DNA of 64,000 nt, from NCBI RefSeq assembly GCF_045310515.1, contig NZ_JBJHZX010000011.1, forward strand, positions 1-64,000, given 5' to 3'. The notes beneath the pieces were generated by a model. It saw only the letters and a list, made by a program, of their open reading frames with translations, did no database searches and had not been told where the DNA came from. Positions 27,731-36,882 of this stretch are shown here, one piece after another (position 1 is the first letter of the stretch; each line of letters begins with the position of its first letter). The translations under genes were made by a program, and so were the position numbers. This stretch comes from Candidatus Clostridium eludens. Lineage in GTDB: Bacteria; Bacillota; Clostridia; Clostridiales; Clostridiaceae.

Positions 27731-29893
27731 ATGTCATCAAATTTATTAATTCACTTTGCATTTATAGGAGGCATAATCGTAGGTATATTAGTTTTGATAG
27801 TAATTATAGTAAAAGTGGTAGGTATTATAATTATACATAGCGATGAAGTAGGCATAGAGGAAAAATGGTGGTCTCTTAAGGGGACACTAGACAAGCAGAT
27901 TATTGCTCTTAATGGAGAGTCTGGGTTTCAGCCGGATTTACTCAGGGCTGGTATTTATTTAAGATCCCCCATAATGTATCACATACACAGAGCACCACTT
28001 ATAACAATACCACAAGGTAAGATTGCCTATGTATTTGCAAGGGATGGTAAATCGCTAGATACAACACAAACATTAGGAAAAGTTATTAAAGAATCAGATA
28101 ACTTTCAAGATGTTAGAGCATTCTTGGCAAATGGGGGACAGAAAGGGCCTCAAAGGGCAATACTTAGAGAAGGTACTTATGCTATAAATTTAGCTCAATT
28201 TATTGTAATTACTGAGGAGCAGGTCTATTCATTAGTAGCAGATACTGAGTATGAACAAATGAAAATTAAGATACAAGCATTAAATGGTTTTACACCTGTA
28301 ATAATTAACGGCAAGAGTGATTTGATAGGAATAGTAACAGTTAATGAAGGACCTTCTTTACCTAATGGAGAAATCATAGCACCGGTTGTAGCTCAGAATA
28401 CTTCAGATGAAAATTATCATAATAATTTTCAAGATATAGAAAAATTTTTAGCGGCAGGTGGTCTTAAGGGGAGACAGTACCAAACTTTATCAGATGGTAC
28501 TTACTTCATAAATAGGTTGTTTGCCACTGTAGAGTTATTACCTAAAACAGTTATTGATGTTACAGAAGTAGGAGTAGTTACTTCTTACTATGGCTCTAAG
28601 GGAGAGGATGTTACTGGTTCTAAATATACACACGGTGAGTTAGTATCTCAAGGTTCTAAGGGTATATGGGAAGTTGCACTACAGCCTGGTAAGTATGCTT
28701 TTAACACCTATGCAGGCAGGATTATAAAAGTACCAACAATAAATATAATATTAAAGTGGATGCAAAACCAGTCTGGTAATCACAAGCTTGATGAGAATTT
28801 AAAAGAAATCAGTTTGATTACTAAGGATGCCTTTGAACCTGTTCTCCCATTAACAGTAGTAATGCACATTGACTATAAAAATGCTTCTAGAGTAATTCAG
28901 CGCTTTGGAGATATTAAAATACTTATAGAACAGTCACTTGACCCTATGATTGCAGGATACTTTAAAAATATAGGACAGCAAATGACCTTAATCGAACTTA
29001 TTCAGAACAGAAATGAGATACAGAGTAGGGCTTCCGAAGAAATGAAAGAGAGATTTTCAAGATATGATTTAGAGCTTGAAGAGGTTCTAATAGGAACTCC
29101 AGCAGCTTCTCCTAATGATTCTAGAATAAATACTATTCTACAACAATTAAGAGACAGGCAAGTTGCAAAGGAACAAATCGCAACTTATGATGCACAACAG
29201 AAATCAGCAGACAAGATGAAAGAACTTGAAGAAGCTAAGGCCAAAGCTAATGCACAGGCAGCACTTACCCAATCGGATATAGATATTACCATAGCTGATA
29301 ATAAGGGTAAAGCGGCATTAAAATCAGCAGAGCAAGAAGCGGCTAAGATTAAAGCTTTATCGGAGGCAGATAAGTACAAGAGTAATCAAAAAGCGGAAGC
29401 AGATAGATATGCAAGAGAGCAAGATGCAGAAGCTACAGCTAAAACAGTTGAATTGACAGCTAAGGCTAATGCAGAGAAGGTAAAGGTAACAGCAGACGCT
29501 GATTCATATGAATTAGAAACAATAGGTAATGCTAAGGCTCTCAATATTAAAGCCGTAGCTTCAGCAGAAGCAGACAAAGAAACTAAGGTTGGTACAGCAA
29601 AAGGTATAGCAGCTAAGGCATTAGTTGATGCATATGGGGGACCTGAATTACAGGTAGTGCAGTCAGTATTAACACAATTTGCAGAAGCTTTAAAAGTGTC
29701 TAAGTCACCTTTAGTGCCTAATACTATAATAACTGCTGCTGGAGATGGCAAAACTCCCAATGCCATGGAAGGTATTTTAAGCTTGGTATTAGCAAATATA
29801 GCTAATGGCAAAGGGTTATTAGTACCAAAAGATATAGAAAGTTCAAAAATTACAGAAAAACAAGATGAAGCAGATAAAACAGATAATCAATAA
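27731..29893 (+). CDS. flotillin-like SPFH/band-7 protein (FloT/YqiK family) with a long Ala/Lys/Glu coiled-coil
   Basis: N-terminal TM, then an SPFH domain, an EA-rich coiled-coil, and a C-terminal flotillin-like segment (GGPELQVVQSVLTQFAEAL..). 720 aa. Confidence 0.7.
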   Translation: MSSNLLIHFAFIGGIIVGILVLIVIIVKVVGIIIIHSDEVGIEEKWWSLKGTLDKQIIALNGESGFQPDLLRAGIYLRSPIMYHIHRAPLITIPQGKIAYVFARDGKSLDTTQTLGKVIKESDNFQDVRAFLANGGQKGPQRAILREGTYAINLAQFIVITEEQVYSLVADTEYEQMKIKIQALNGFTPVIINGKSDLIGIVTVNEGPSLPNGEIIAPVVAQNTSDENYHNNFQDIEKFLAAGGLKGRQYQTLSDGTYFINRLFATVELLPKTVIDVTEVGVVTSYYGSKGEDVTGSKYTHGELVSQGSKGIWEVALQPGKYAFNTYAGRIIKVPTINIILKWMQNQSGNHKLDENLKEISLITKDAFEPVLPLTVVMHIDYKNASRVIQRFGDIKILIEQSLDPMIAGYFKNIGQQMTLIELIQNRNEIQSRASEEMKERFSRYDLELEEVLIGTPAASPNDSRINTILQQLRDRQVAKEQIATYDAQQKSADKMKELEEAKAKANAQAALTQSDIDITIADNKGKAALKSAEQEAAKIKALSEADKYKSNQKAEADRYAREQDAEATAKTVELTAKANAEKVKVTADADSYELETIGNAKALNIKAVASAEADKETKVGTAKGIAAKALVDAYGGPELQVVQSVLTQFAEALKVSKSPLVPNTIITAAGDGKTPNAMEGILSLVLANIANGKGLLVPKDIESSKITEKQDEADKTDNQ

Positions 29894-29989
29894 GATTTAG
29901 AGAGAAAACCATATGTAAATTCAAAATATACTTGGCTTGAGGCAGAAAGACCATAATTACAAAAAATTCTTATTTTATTATGACAAAGT

Positions 29990-30050
29990 AAAAAACTGTA
30001 CTGTGCCTCAGGACGGTTATATGTATTGTGGGTTTAAGTGGTGGTGCGGG
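29990..30050 (+). repeat. copy 1 of a 60-nt hairpin-containing repeat (AAAAAACYGTACTG..CAG.ACGGTTRTATGTATKGTGGGTTYTAGTGGTGG.GCG)
   Basis: Aligns with 36753-36812. Both copies sit in convergent 3'-3' gaps. Confidence 0.55.
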
Positions 30051-30141
30051 AGGTGGTATTTGGCATTTATAACCCACTACTTTTACTCAATATCTGCTAT
30101 GTAATATTTATATTTTGACATTCTAAAAATGAATAATAGAT

Positions 30142-31197
30142 CTAGAAATTATAATTATCTTCCAATAAATTATTAAGTTCATTGTTATTAAGCACGCTTA
30201 ATTCTTCTTCAGTTTCTTTGCTATCCGTATCTAAATCAATAATAACACTTCTTTTTTTATTTCTTGATAATTTTCTTTTATTTTTATCCTCTAATGCCAT
30301 TTTTATTAAATTTATTGATTCTGTGGGAGTTTCACATCCTCCAAGGACTACTATATTATTTTTCTTATTATATGTTATATATGTACTTCTATAAACTTCA
30401 AATAATTTAGTTACTTCATATGGATCATACCCATCAATTTTTAAATTAATTGCCAAATAATCGCAATCATATACATCTTGTTGAACAAACACACTATTTT
30501 TTATTGATAAATCAATAGCAGTCTTAACATCTTTTAACCCATCATATAGCTTTAAAATAAGTCCTGATCCATCTGCTGTATTTATTCTGAATGAATCTTT
30601 ATTATCGATGCTACCATCAGCATGGATACCTACTATGTTATATGCTAGATCTAAACTTTCAATCACTTCATTATTAATTTCTTTATACGTATTTCTTTTA
30701 TTATTATCTACAAATTTAACGTCATTTATTAAATCCATTATGCTATTTATATCATTCCAACATTCTATTGTATTTTTAAATGCTAACTCATCTTCCTTTA
30801 AACTAGGTAAAATAGCTACTACATTTACTTTAGAATTTGGTAATACTTTTTTTACTATTTGTACAAAGGTTTTTATTGCCCCAGAACCCGTTCCTCCAGC
30901 CATAGTTGTAAGTACTACGACTACTTCTGTTAAAGGATATTTGCTTAATAATGTTCCTATAGCGTTAGCATTATCTTTTATCATTTCTTTAGACTTAGTT
31001 CTATCTCTTCCTGAACCATCTGTTCCTGGATACACATATACATTTTTCGCCATATCTGCATTTTTTAATGGTTTAATATCAAATAAACTGCTATTTATAA
31101 ATAACCCGTTGTATCTTGAATTTCTACTTAATAATCCATCTACAATATTTCCCGCACCTTGACCTAATGAGACTAATAACATTTTGCCTTTTTCCAT
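30142..31197 (-). CDS. tubulin/FtsZ-superfamily GTPase, TubZ-like
   Basis: N-terminal G-box LVSLGQGAGNIV. Tubulin signature TTMAGGTGSGA. A basic then acidic C-terminal tail (KNKRKLSRNKKRS...EEELSVLNNNELNNLLEDNYNF). RBS AAGGGAGGG. Confidence 0.7.
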   Translation of the reverse strand: MEKGKMLLVSLGQGAGNIVDGLLSRNSRYNGLFINSSLFDIKPLKNADMAKNVYVYPGTDGSGRDRTKSKEMIKDNANAIGTLLSKYPLTEVVVVLTTMAGGTGSGAIKTFVQIVKKVLPNSKVNVVAILPSLKEDELAFKNTIECWNDINSIMDLINDVKFVDNNKRNTYKEINNEVIESLDLAYNIVGIHADGSIDNKDSFRINTADGSGLILKLYDGLKDVKTAIDLSIKNSVFVQQDVYDCDYLAINLKIDGYDPYEVTKLFEVYRSTYITYNKKNNIVVLGGCETPTESINLIKMALEDKNKRKLSRNKKRSVIIDLDTDSKETEEELSVLNNNELNNLLEDNYNF

Positions 31198-31336
31198 AAT
31201 TACCCTCCCTTAGTGTATTTTATATATCTATTATCGAAAAAAGTCAGAATAACCTTATATTTTTTAAACTAATAATATTTTTTACTTAAGCTTACCTTCT
31301 ATTTGTTCGAAAAAAGGAGAAGGGGGATTAATTATT

Positions 31337-32173
31337 ATGGATAATAAAGATAAATATATAGATACACAAAAAGTTGATCATAAAATTCAAAATAAAAAAA
31401 GAGGCGAAATATTGTACTACTCTATTAATCAGGTTGCTGATTTGTTGAATGAAAATATTAGTAATATAAAATACTATACAAATATATTTGACGATCTTCT
31501 AAAAATTGAAATAATAGATAAAGAATTGCGTTATACTAATAATGATATTGATAACTTAGAATTTTTAATAAAATTAAAAAATAGAGGAATGTCTCTTAAA
31601 GAAATTCAAGATTATTATAGTAAATTACCTTTAAATGATAATGAAGTCCAGCATCTAGAAAGTAATTTATTATCTGTTGAAGAACTTATTGATTCAATTA
31701 AAGAAGAACAACAAATTCAATTTAACAATTTTAAAATTCAATTAAATAATGATATACAAAATGCCAATTTATTATATATTGAAAATATTACCTCAACAAT
31801 TATTGAGGCTCAAAATAAAAGCCTTAATAAATTCAAACAGGATTTATTTGAGGAAATTAAACAATATCTAAATTCTAAGTTTGATGAAATTAATGAAATT
31901 AACCTTGATTTACATAACCAATTTATTTCTAACATTACAGAATTTATATCTGAAAAAATTGACAGTAAAAATGACGAATTAAAACTTAACTTGCAAAGTG
32001 ATTTTAATGTATTTTCCCAATCATCTTTAACTAATAATGAACGTTTAATAAAGGAAGTTAAGGGTTTTAAAAAAGTTATAGAGAATGCTTATTATATCCA
32101 ATACCAAGTAGAAATGGATAATGCTAATTCAGGATTTTTGAATAAATTACTTCAAATATTTAAATCTAAATAA
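31337..32173 (+). CDS. MerR-type HTH protein with a long coiled-coil and a C-terminal amphipathic helix (TubY-like)
   Basis: N-terminal MerR HTH (YSINQVADLL..LRYTNNDIDNLEFLIKLKNRGMSLKEI). The rest is heptad-rich. Divergent from the TubZ-like gene across a 140-bp gap. Confidence 0.6.
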   Translation: MDNKDKYIDTQKVDHKIQNKKRGEILYYSINQVADLLNENISNIKYYTNIFDDLLKIEIIDKELRYTNNDIDNLEFLIKLKNRGMSLKEIQDYYSKLPLNDNEVQHLESNLLSVEELIDSIKEEQQIQFNNFKIQLNNDIQNANLLYIENITSTIIEAQNKSLNKFKQDLFEEIKQYLNSKFDEINEINLDLHNQFISNITEFISEKIDSKNDELKLNLQSDFNVFSQSSLTNNERLIKEVKGFKKVIENAYYIQYQVEMDNANSGFLNKLLQIFKSK

Positions 32174-32479
32174 AATTTAAAGAGATTAGTTTTATACTCT
32201 TGTTTTAAACTATAAAAAGGGAAAATCTTGGATATTTCTTAGGAGTTATTATGGGTATTAGCGATGAGGCTAGAATATTTAATAGTATTTGAATATAGAA
32301 CAGGATGAAATTGTAAATTATCTCGTGGAGTAAGTAATAACCTGAAATAGAAAATTGATACAACAAATTATATAATACCAGTAACACTCGTATTCTTAGG
32401 CAAATCTAAAAGGTGAGTTAATGGTTGATAACCGCAATGCAAGTCTCTAATATCCCACACCAACAGCTTCATAGACTTA

Positions 32480-32695
32480 AAGATGGTGTATAAAGTCCTG
32501 CCCAGCTTTTAAGAATGGTTCTACTATCAGCAACGGTTCCTATCTCTGAGGCTTTTTTAATTTTTTCTTCTGCCCAATCTATGACAGCACTTGTGATGTT
32601 TTTGAGTGTGCGTTATCTACGACATGATAGGTGACACCTTGTGAATTGCCACCAGTCTGTGCATACCTGGCAACATAAGGAGATAAGTAAAATTT
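32480..32695 (-). pseudogene. frameshifted fragment resembling a cell-wall hydrolase/amidase
   Basis: Reverse-strand pieces YVARYAQTGGNSQGVTYHVVDNAH and TLKNITSAVIDWAEEKIKKASEIGTVADSRTILKSWAGLYTP, with frame breaks and no start codon. Confidence 0.35.
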
Positions 32696-32707
32696 TTAAC
32701 AATAAAA

Positions 32708-32748
32708 AATCCCCGGTTTTATTATAATATGACCGGGGATTTTTATCT
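32708..32748. terminator. bidirectional intrinsic terminator (aaaaatccccggt / accggggattttt)
   Basis: Perfect 13-bp stem flanked by A and T runs. Serves the minus-strand gene ending at 32802. Confidence 0.8.
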
Positions 32749-32801
32749 GTCTACATTGAATCACATGTATCAGGTTATGGTACTTATAAGTTATTTTGGT
32801 C

Positions 32802-33740
32802 TTAAATTTCTTTCATTGCAGAATCAAATGCATTTTGAATAGCTGTTTCCTGGTCTTGAGTAATTGTTCCAGCAGATACCAAACTATCTAAAGCATTTGC
32901 AAATGGGTTGTTTGTTCTGTCCGTTTGTGACTGAGATGACTTCACCGCAGAATCAAATGCACTTTTAATAGCTGTCTCTTGATCCTGTGTGATTGTTCCA
33001 GCAGATACTAAACTATCTAGAACGGATGTGCCAGGGTCTCCAGTTGAGTTCTGTGGCTGGGTGGAGTTCATAGCAGATTTAAATGCATTTTGAATAGCTG
33101 TTTCCTGGTCTTGAGTAATTGTTCCAGCAGATACCAAACTATCTAAAGCATTTGCAAATGGATTATTTGTTTTATCAGTTTGTGCCTGAGGTGACTTCAT
33201 AGCAGAATCAAATGCACTTTTAATAGCTGTCTCTTGATCCTGTGTGATTGTTCCAGCAGATACTAAACTATCTAAAACGGATGTGCCAGGGTCTTCAGTT
33301 GAGTTCTGTGGCTGGGTGGAGTTCATAGCAGATTTAAATGCATTTTGAATAGCTGTCTCTTGGTCTTGAGTAATTGTTCCTGAAGATACTAGACTATCTA
33401 ATGGATTTGTAGGTCTTCTATTGTATACTGCTGATGGTTGGGTTGACTGGTTTCTAGATTGAAAAATACTAGTTATAGTATTTGCTTGATCCTGAGTAAT
33501 TGTTCCTGCTGACACCAAACTATCTAAGGAACTACTGATGCTGTTGGCAATATTTGTTTCTCTCGGCATTAAGTTATTTGCTGTTTGCATCCCACATTGA
33601 CTTAATTCTATTGAATCTTGTCCATATTTTTTATAATCATTTATTTCTGTATAGTTGTCACCATCTGTATTTTCAGTATTGTTTTGAGTATATAAACTAT
33701 ATAAATTACTTGTGCTTCTAGTATCATATATTGTGTTCAT
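32802..33740 (-). CDS. hypothetical protein with six copies of a 42-aa repeat (LDSLVSAGTITQDQETAI..AF.SAM)
   Basis: Alternating A and B repeat types, encoded by long near-identical DNA repeats of about 250 bp. No signal peptide. RBS GAGGAGG. Confidence 0.6.
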   Translation of the reverse strand: MNTIYDTRSTSNLYSLYTQNNTENTDGDNYTEINDYKKYGQDSIELSQCGMQTANNLMPRETNIANSISSSLDSLVSAGTITQDQANTITSIFQSRNQSTQPSAVYNRRPTNPLDSLVSSGTITQDQETAIQNAFKSAMNSTQPQNSTEDPGTSVLDSLVSAGTITQDQETAIKSAFDSAMKSPQAQTDKTNNPFANALDSLVSAGTITQDQETAIQNAFKSAMNSTQPQNSTGDPGTSVLDSLVSAGTITQDQETAIKSAFDSAVKSSQSQTDRTNNPFANALDSLVSAGTITQDQETAIQNAFDSAMKEI

Positions 33741-34061
33741 TGGTATTCCTCCTCTATATTAATTTCTTGTTAATCTAACTATAACTAGAAATTGTTGTAT
33801 AAATGTCAAATGATTATGTGAAAATTATGTGATTTATGTGATGGTAACTATATTTTATATAATCTTTTTGTTGTGTTAGACTATACTTTTAAATAAGATA
33901 CAGTTATATCTATTTATAATTAAATAGATAAATTATATTCTCTATTTCTTTTGTGTTAAAGTATTAAATGCAGTTTTTTATTTACTTATGATATATAATG
34001 TGGTAACATAAATTATATACAAAATATAATTTATTAAAATATGCAAAAAGGGGAATATAAT

Positions 34062-34535
34062 ATGACAACTATTCTTGATAATACTGATAAAGCAATCTTA
34101 AGAGAATTACAGGAAGACGGTTCAATCTCAAATTTAGATTTATCAAAAAAAATTGGACTTTCACCATCAGCGTGCTTGGCAAGAACAAAAAATTTAGTAG
34201 AAACTGGTACTATCAAAAAATTCGCTACTATTATAGACGAGAAAAAATTGGGAATGGAAGTGCTTGCATTTGTTCTGGTCAATATAACACCTCTTAATAG
34301 GCAAACAATACATTTATTTTTAGAGGATGTAAATAGATTTCCGCAGATTCAAGAGTGTTACACACTTACAGGAGGCCACGATTATCTGCTTAAAATTATA
34401 GCAAAAGATATGGAGAGTTATAGAGATTTTATAATTGATTCATTAATGCAGAATACCACAATCAGCAGTGTTGAAACAAGCATGGTCATGGGGATAGAAA
34501 AAAGGACTGTCAATGTACCCATTGATGAGGTTTAG
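34062..34535 (+). CDS. Lrp/AsnC-family transcriptional regulator
   Basis: HTH_AsnC followed by a RAM domain. RBS AAGGGG before ATG 34062. Confidence 0.85.
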   Translation: MTTILDNTDKAILRELQEDGSISNLDLSKKIGLSPSACLARTKNLVETGTIKKFATIIDEKKLGMEVLAFVLVNITPLNRQTIHLFLEDVNRFPQIQECYTLTGGHDYLLKIIAKDMESYRDFIIDSLMQNTTISSVETSMVMGIEKRTVNVPIDEV

Positions 34536-35181
34536 TGAGGTGAAAAATTTGAAAGAAAAAGCTAGTGCGTTAAAGGCTGCCTTTCCCCATACTATCCCTG
34601 TATTAACTGGGTTTATTTTCTTAGGCATTGCCTATGGTATCTTGATGAACAGTAAGGGTTATGGTATTGGTTGGGCGGTTTTGATAAGTTTTATGGCATT
34701 TGCAGGCTCAGCACAATATGTAGCAATTACCTTTCTTACATCAATTTTTAATCCTATTTATGCATTGCTAATGACATTAATGGTAAATGCTCGTCATTTA
34801 TTTTATGGAATATCAATGCTGGATAAATATAAAGATACTGGTAAATTAAAACCATATCTTATTTTTGGTTTGTGTGATGAAACATTTTCTATTATCTGCT
34901 CGGCCGAGCCACCAGAGGGTATAAATCGAAACTGGTTTAATTTTTTTATTACATTCCTTGACCACAGCTATTGGGTGTTGGGCACAGCTCTCGGCGGGAT
35001 GCTGGGTTCTATGGTTTCATTTAATACAAAAGGTCTTGATTTTGTCTTGACTGCTCTTTTTGTGGTAATATTTGTGGGACAATGGAAGACTCATAAAAAT
35101 CACAAACCTGCAATAATCGGAGTTTTATGTTCTATTATTTGTTTGTTTTTGGACAAAGTAATTTCATTATTCCTTCTATGA
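34513..35181 (+). CDS. azlC: AzlC-family branched-chain amino acid permease
   Basis: AzlC membrane topology. Overlaps the lrp stop. Confidence 0.8.
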   Translation: MYPLMRFSEVKNLKEKASALKAAFPHTIPVLTGFIFLGIAYGILMNSKGYGIGWAVLISFMAFAGSAQYVAITFLTSIFNPIYALLMTLMVNARHLFYGISMLDKYKDTGKLKPYLIFGLCDETFSIICSAEPPEGINRNWFNFFITFLDHSYWVLGTALGGMLGSMVSFNTKGLDFVLTALFVVIFVGQWKTHKNHKPAIIGVLCSIICLFLDKVISLFLL

Positions 35182-35254
35182 TTGCCATATTGGCAGTATT
35201 GACAGTATTTCGAAAAGAATATTTAGAAGAGAAAGAACTGGCCAAGGAGGGAGT

Positions 35255-35593
35255 ATGATGACTTTAACACCTGTTCAAACTTTTATTATTATTTCTATGG
35301 TAACTATTGGTACGCTCATAACAAGGTTTTTGCCTTTTATTTTATTTCAAGATGCTAAATTAAATAATTCATATATCAGTTACCTTGGAAAAGTTTTGCC
35401 ATATTCTGCTATCGGATTATTGGTGGTATATTGCCTTAAAAGCGTCAATTTCAAAAGCCCTACATATGGGATTCCGGAGGCCATAGCTATCATTTGCATT
35501 ACTGTGCTTCATTATTGGAAAGGTAATACACTTCTGAGCATTGGGATAGGTACAGTTATCTACATGGTACTTGTTCAAGCTGTTTTTATTTAA
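35255..35593 (+). CDS. azlD: AzlD branched-chain amino acid transport protein
   Basis: About 110-aa four-TM protein directly after azlC. Confidence 0.75.
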   Translation: MMTLTPVQTFIIISMVTIGTLITRFLPFILFQDAKLNNSYISYLGKVLPYSAIGLLVVYCLKSVNFKSPTYGIPEAIAIICITVLHYWKGNTLLSIGIGTVIYMVLVQAVFI

Positions 35594-35683
35594 GAATTGA
35601 TCAAAGAACTCTCTAAACTAAGACTCATTCTTTTTATTTTTAATGTATGTGTATAGGTTATTTAAAACAGATGGAGGTATGAA

Positions 35684-36265
35684 ATGAAATATTGTATTCT
35701 TATGGGAAGCCCACGTAAAAATGGAAATACATTTAAATTATTAAAGCCGTTTGTTGAAGAACTTGAACTTCATCAAGTTCAGTATGATTTGATTTGGCTT
35801 TATGATAAACATATTGAGCCTTGTATTGCTTGTCGGAATTGTCAAAAAGACTGGACGATTTTTGGATGTGGATATTCCGATGATGTGCAGGAAATTTTTT
35901 ATAGAATATATGATTGTGATGTCATTATTTTAGCTACGCCTATTTATTCATGGTACTGCACGCCACCTATGAAATCACTGTTGGATCGCTTGGTGTATGG
36001 AATGAATAAGTATTATGGTGATGAAAAAGGTCCTTCTCTTTGGAAGGGTAAAAAGTTAGGTATCATAACAACTTGCGGGTATAGACCTGAAAATGGAGCT
36101 GATTTATTTGAAAAAGGTATAAAACGGTATTGTAAGCACTCTCAATTAAAATATATTGGAATGCTTGCTGAAAGAGATTTTGGGTATAAATCTGTCTTTA
36201 TAACGAATGATAAGATTGAGCATTCCAAATCATTTGCTCGACAGCTAATAAGTGATGGCATATAA
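35684..36265 (+). CDS. iron-sulfur flavoprotein / NADPH-dependent FMN reductase family protein
   Basis: MGSPRKNGNT flavodoxin-like loop and a CIACRNC cysteine cluster. Confidence 0.75.
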   Translation: MKYCILMGSPRKNGNTFKLLKPFVEELELHQVQYDLIWLYDKHIEPCIACRNCQKDWTIFGCGYSDDVQEIFYRIYDCDVIILATPIYSWYCTPPMKSLLDRLVYGMNKYYGDEKGPSLWKGKKLGIITTCGYRPENGADLFEKGIKRYCKHSQLKYIGMLAERDFGYKSVFITNDKIEHSKSFARQLISDGI

Positions 36266-36465
36266 TATGATATGCTTCAATGAAAAATCTTATTATGAAA
36301 ATTTAGGTGAAATTTTTTTATTTTTGAGAAGGAATAAGTGTTTTTTAATGCATTCCCGTACCTTGTAAAAATTCTCTTATAATGATATTATGTTAAATAA
36401 TGTAGACATTGAAAAATTTATAAGTTAGAGTAATATAGAAAAATCTACAATAGGGGCTGATAAAA

Positions 36466-36735
36466 ATGAAGGAAGTTAAAACATATCAAGACTGGCAAGG
36501 AGATATAAACGACTATCTACAAGTTGGAGATTTAGTTGATTTTCAAATGGTTGCTTTCTTTCTTCGTGCATTACCTATAACATGTGAAAATGATATAATA
36601 CAGGGAAGGCAATCTATTAAAGTATATATTGACGGAAAAAAAGAATATGTATATCCAACATTAATGCAAACTAAAGAAGGTTGGGAATATGCTGGAAATT
36701 GCCTAAAAGGTGAAACGAAAAATATAGAAATATAG
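36466..36735 (+). CDS. hypothetical protein (89 aa)
   Basis: ORF with RBS. No recognisable motif. Confidence 0.4.
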   Translation: MKEVKTYQDWQGDINDYLQVGDLVDFQMVAFFLRALPITCENDIIQGRQSIKVYIDGKKEYVYPTLMQTKEGWEYAGNCLKGETKNIEI

Positions 36736-36752
36736 GAAAACTATTGAAGTGA

Positions 36753-36812
36753 AAAAAACCGTACTGAATTCCAGTACGGTTGTATGTATGGTGGGTTCTA
36801 GTGGTGGAGGCG
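36753..36812 (+). repeat. copy 2 of the 60-nt hairpin-containing repeat
   Basis: aaaaaaccgtactgaattccagtacggttgtatgtatggtgggttctagtggtggaggcg. Matches the copy at 29990-30050. Confidence 0.55.
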
Positions 36813-36882
36813 CAAAGCATAGTGTGTGAAATTCACTAATCTTTACATAATTAAAGTAGTCTTCAACAAAACGTCTTTAATA

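Noticed and set aside
29185-29811. Ala/Ser-rich minus-strand ORFs inside the flotillin coiled-coil region
   Set aside because: They are antisense to the GCN-rich codons of the EA-repeat region, which is a typical shadow ORF. They have no start-site signals.
30608-31162. 184-aa plus-strand ORF inside the tubZ-like gene
   Set aside because: It is antisense to a gene with clear tubulin motifs. It is hydrophobic junk with no RBS.
31198-31336. TubR gene or tubC iterons in the tubZ/tubY intergenic gap
   Set aside because: The gap is only 140 bp, too short for TubR, and I could not see convincing direct repeats.
16350-33560. Tandem-repeat regions as possible CRISPR arrays
   Set aside because: The repeats are coding (39-bp and roughly 250-bp periods). 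They are not palindromic, there are no unique spacers, and no cas genes are present.
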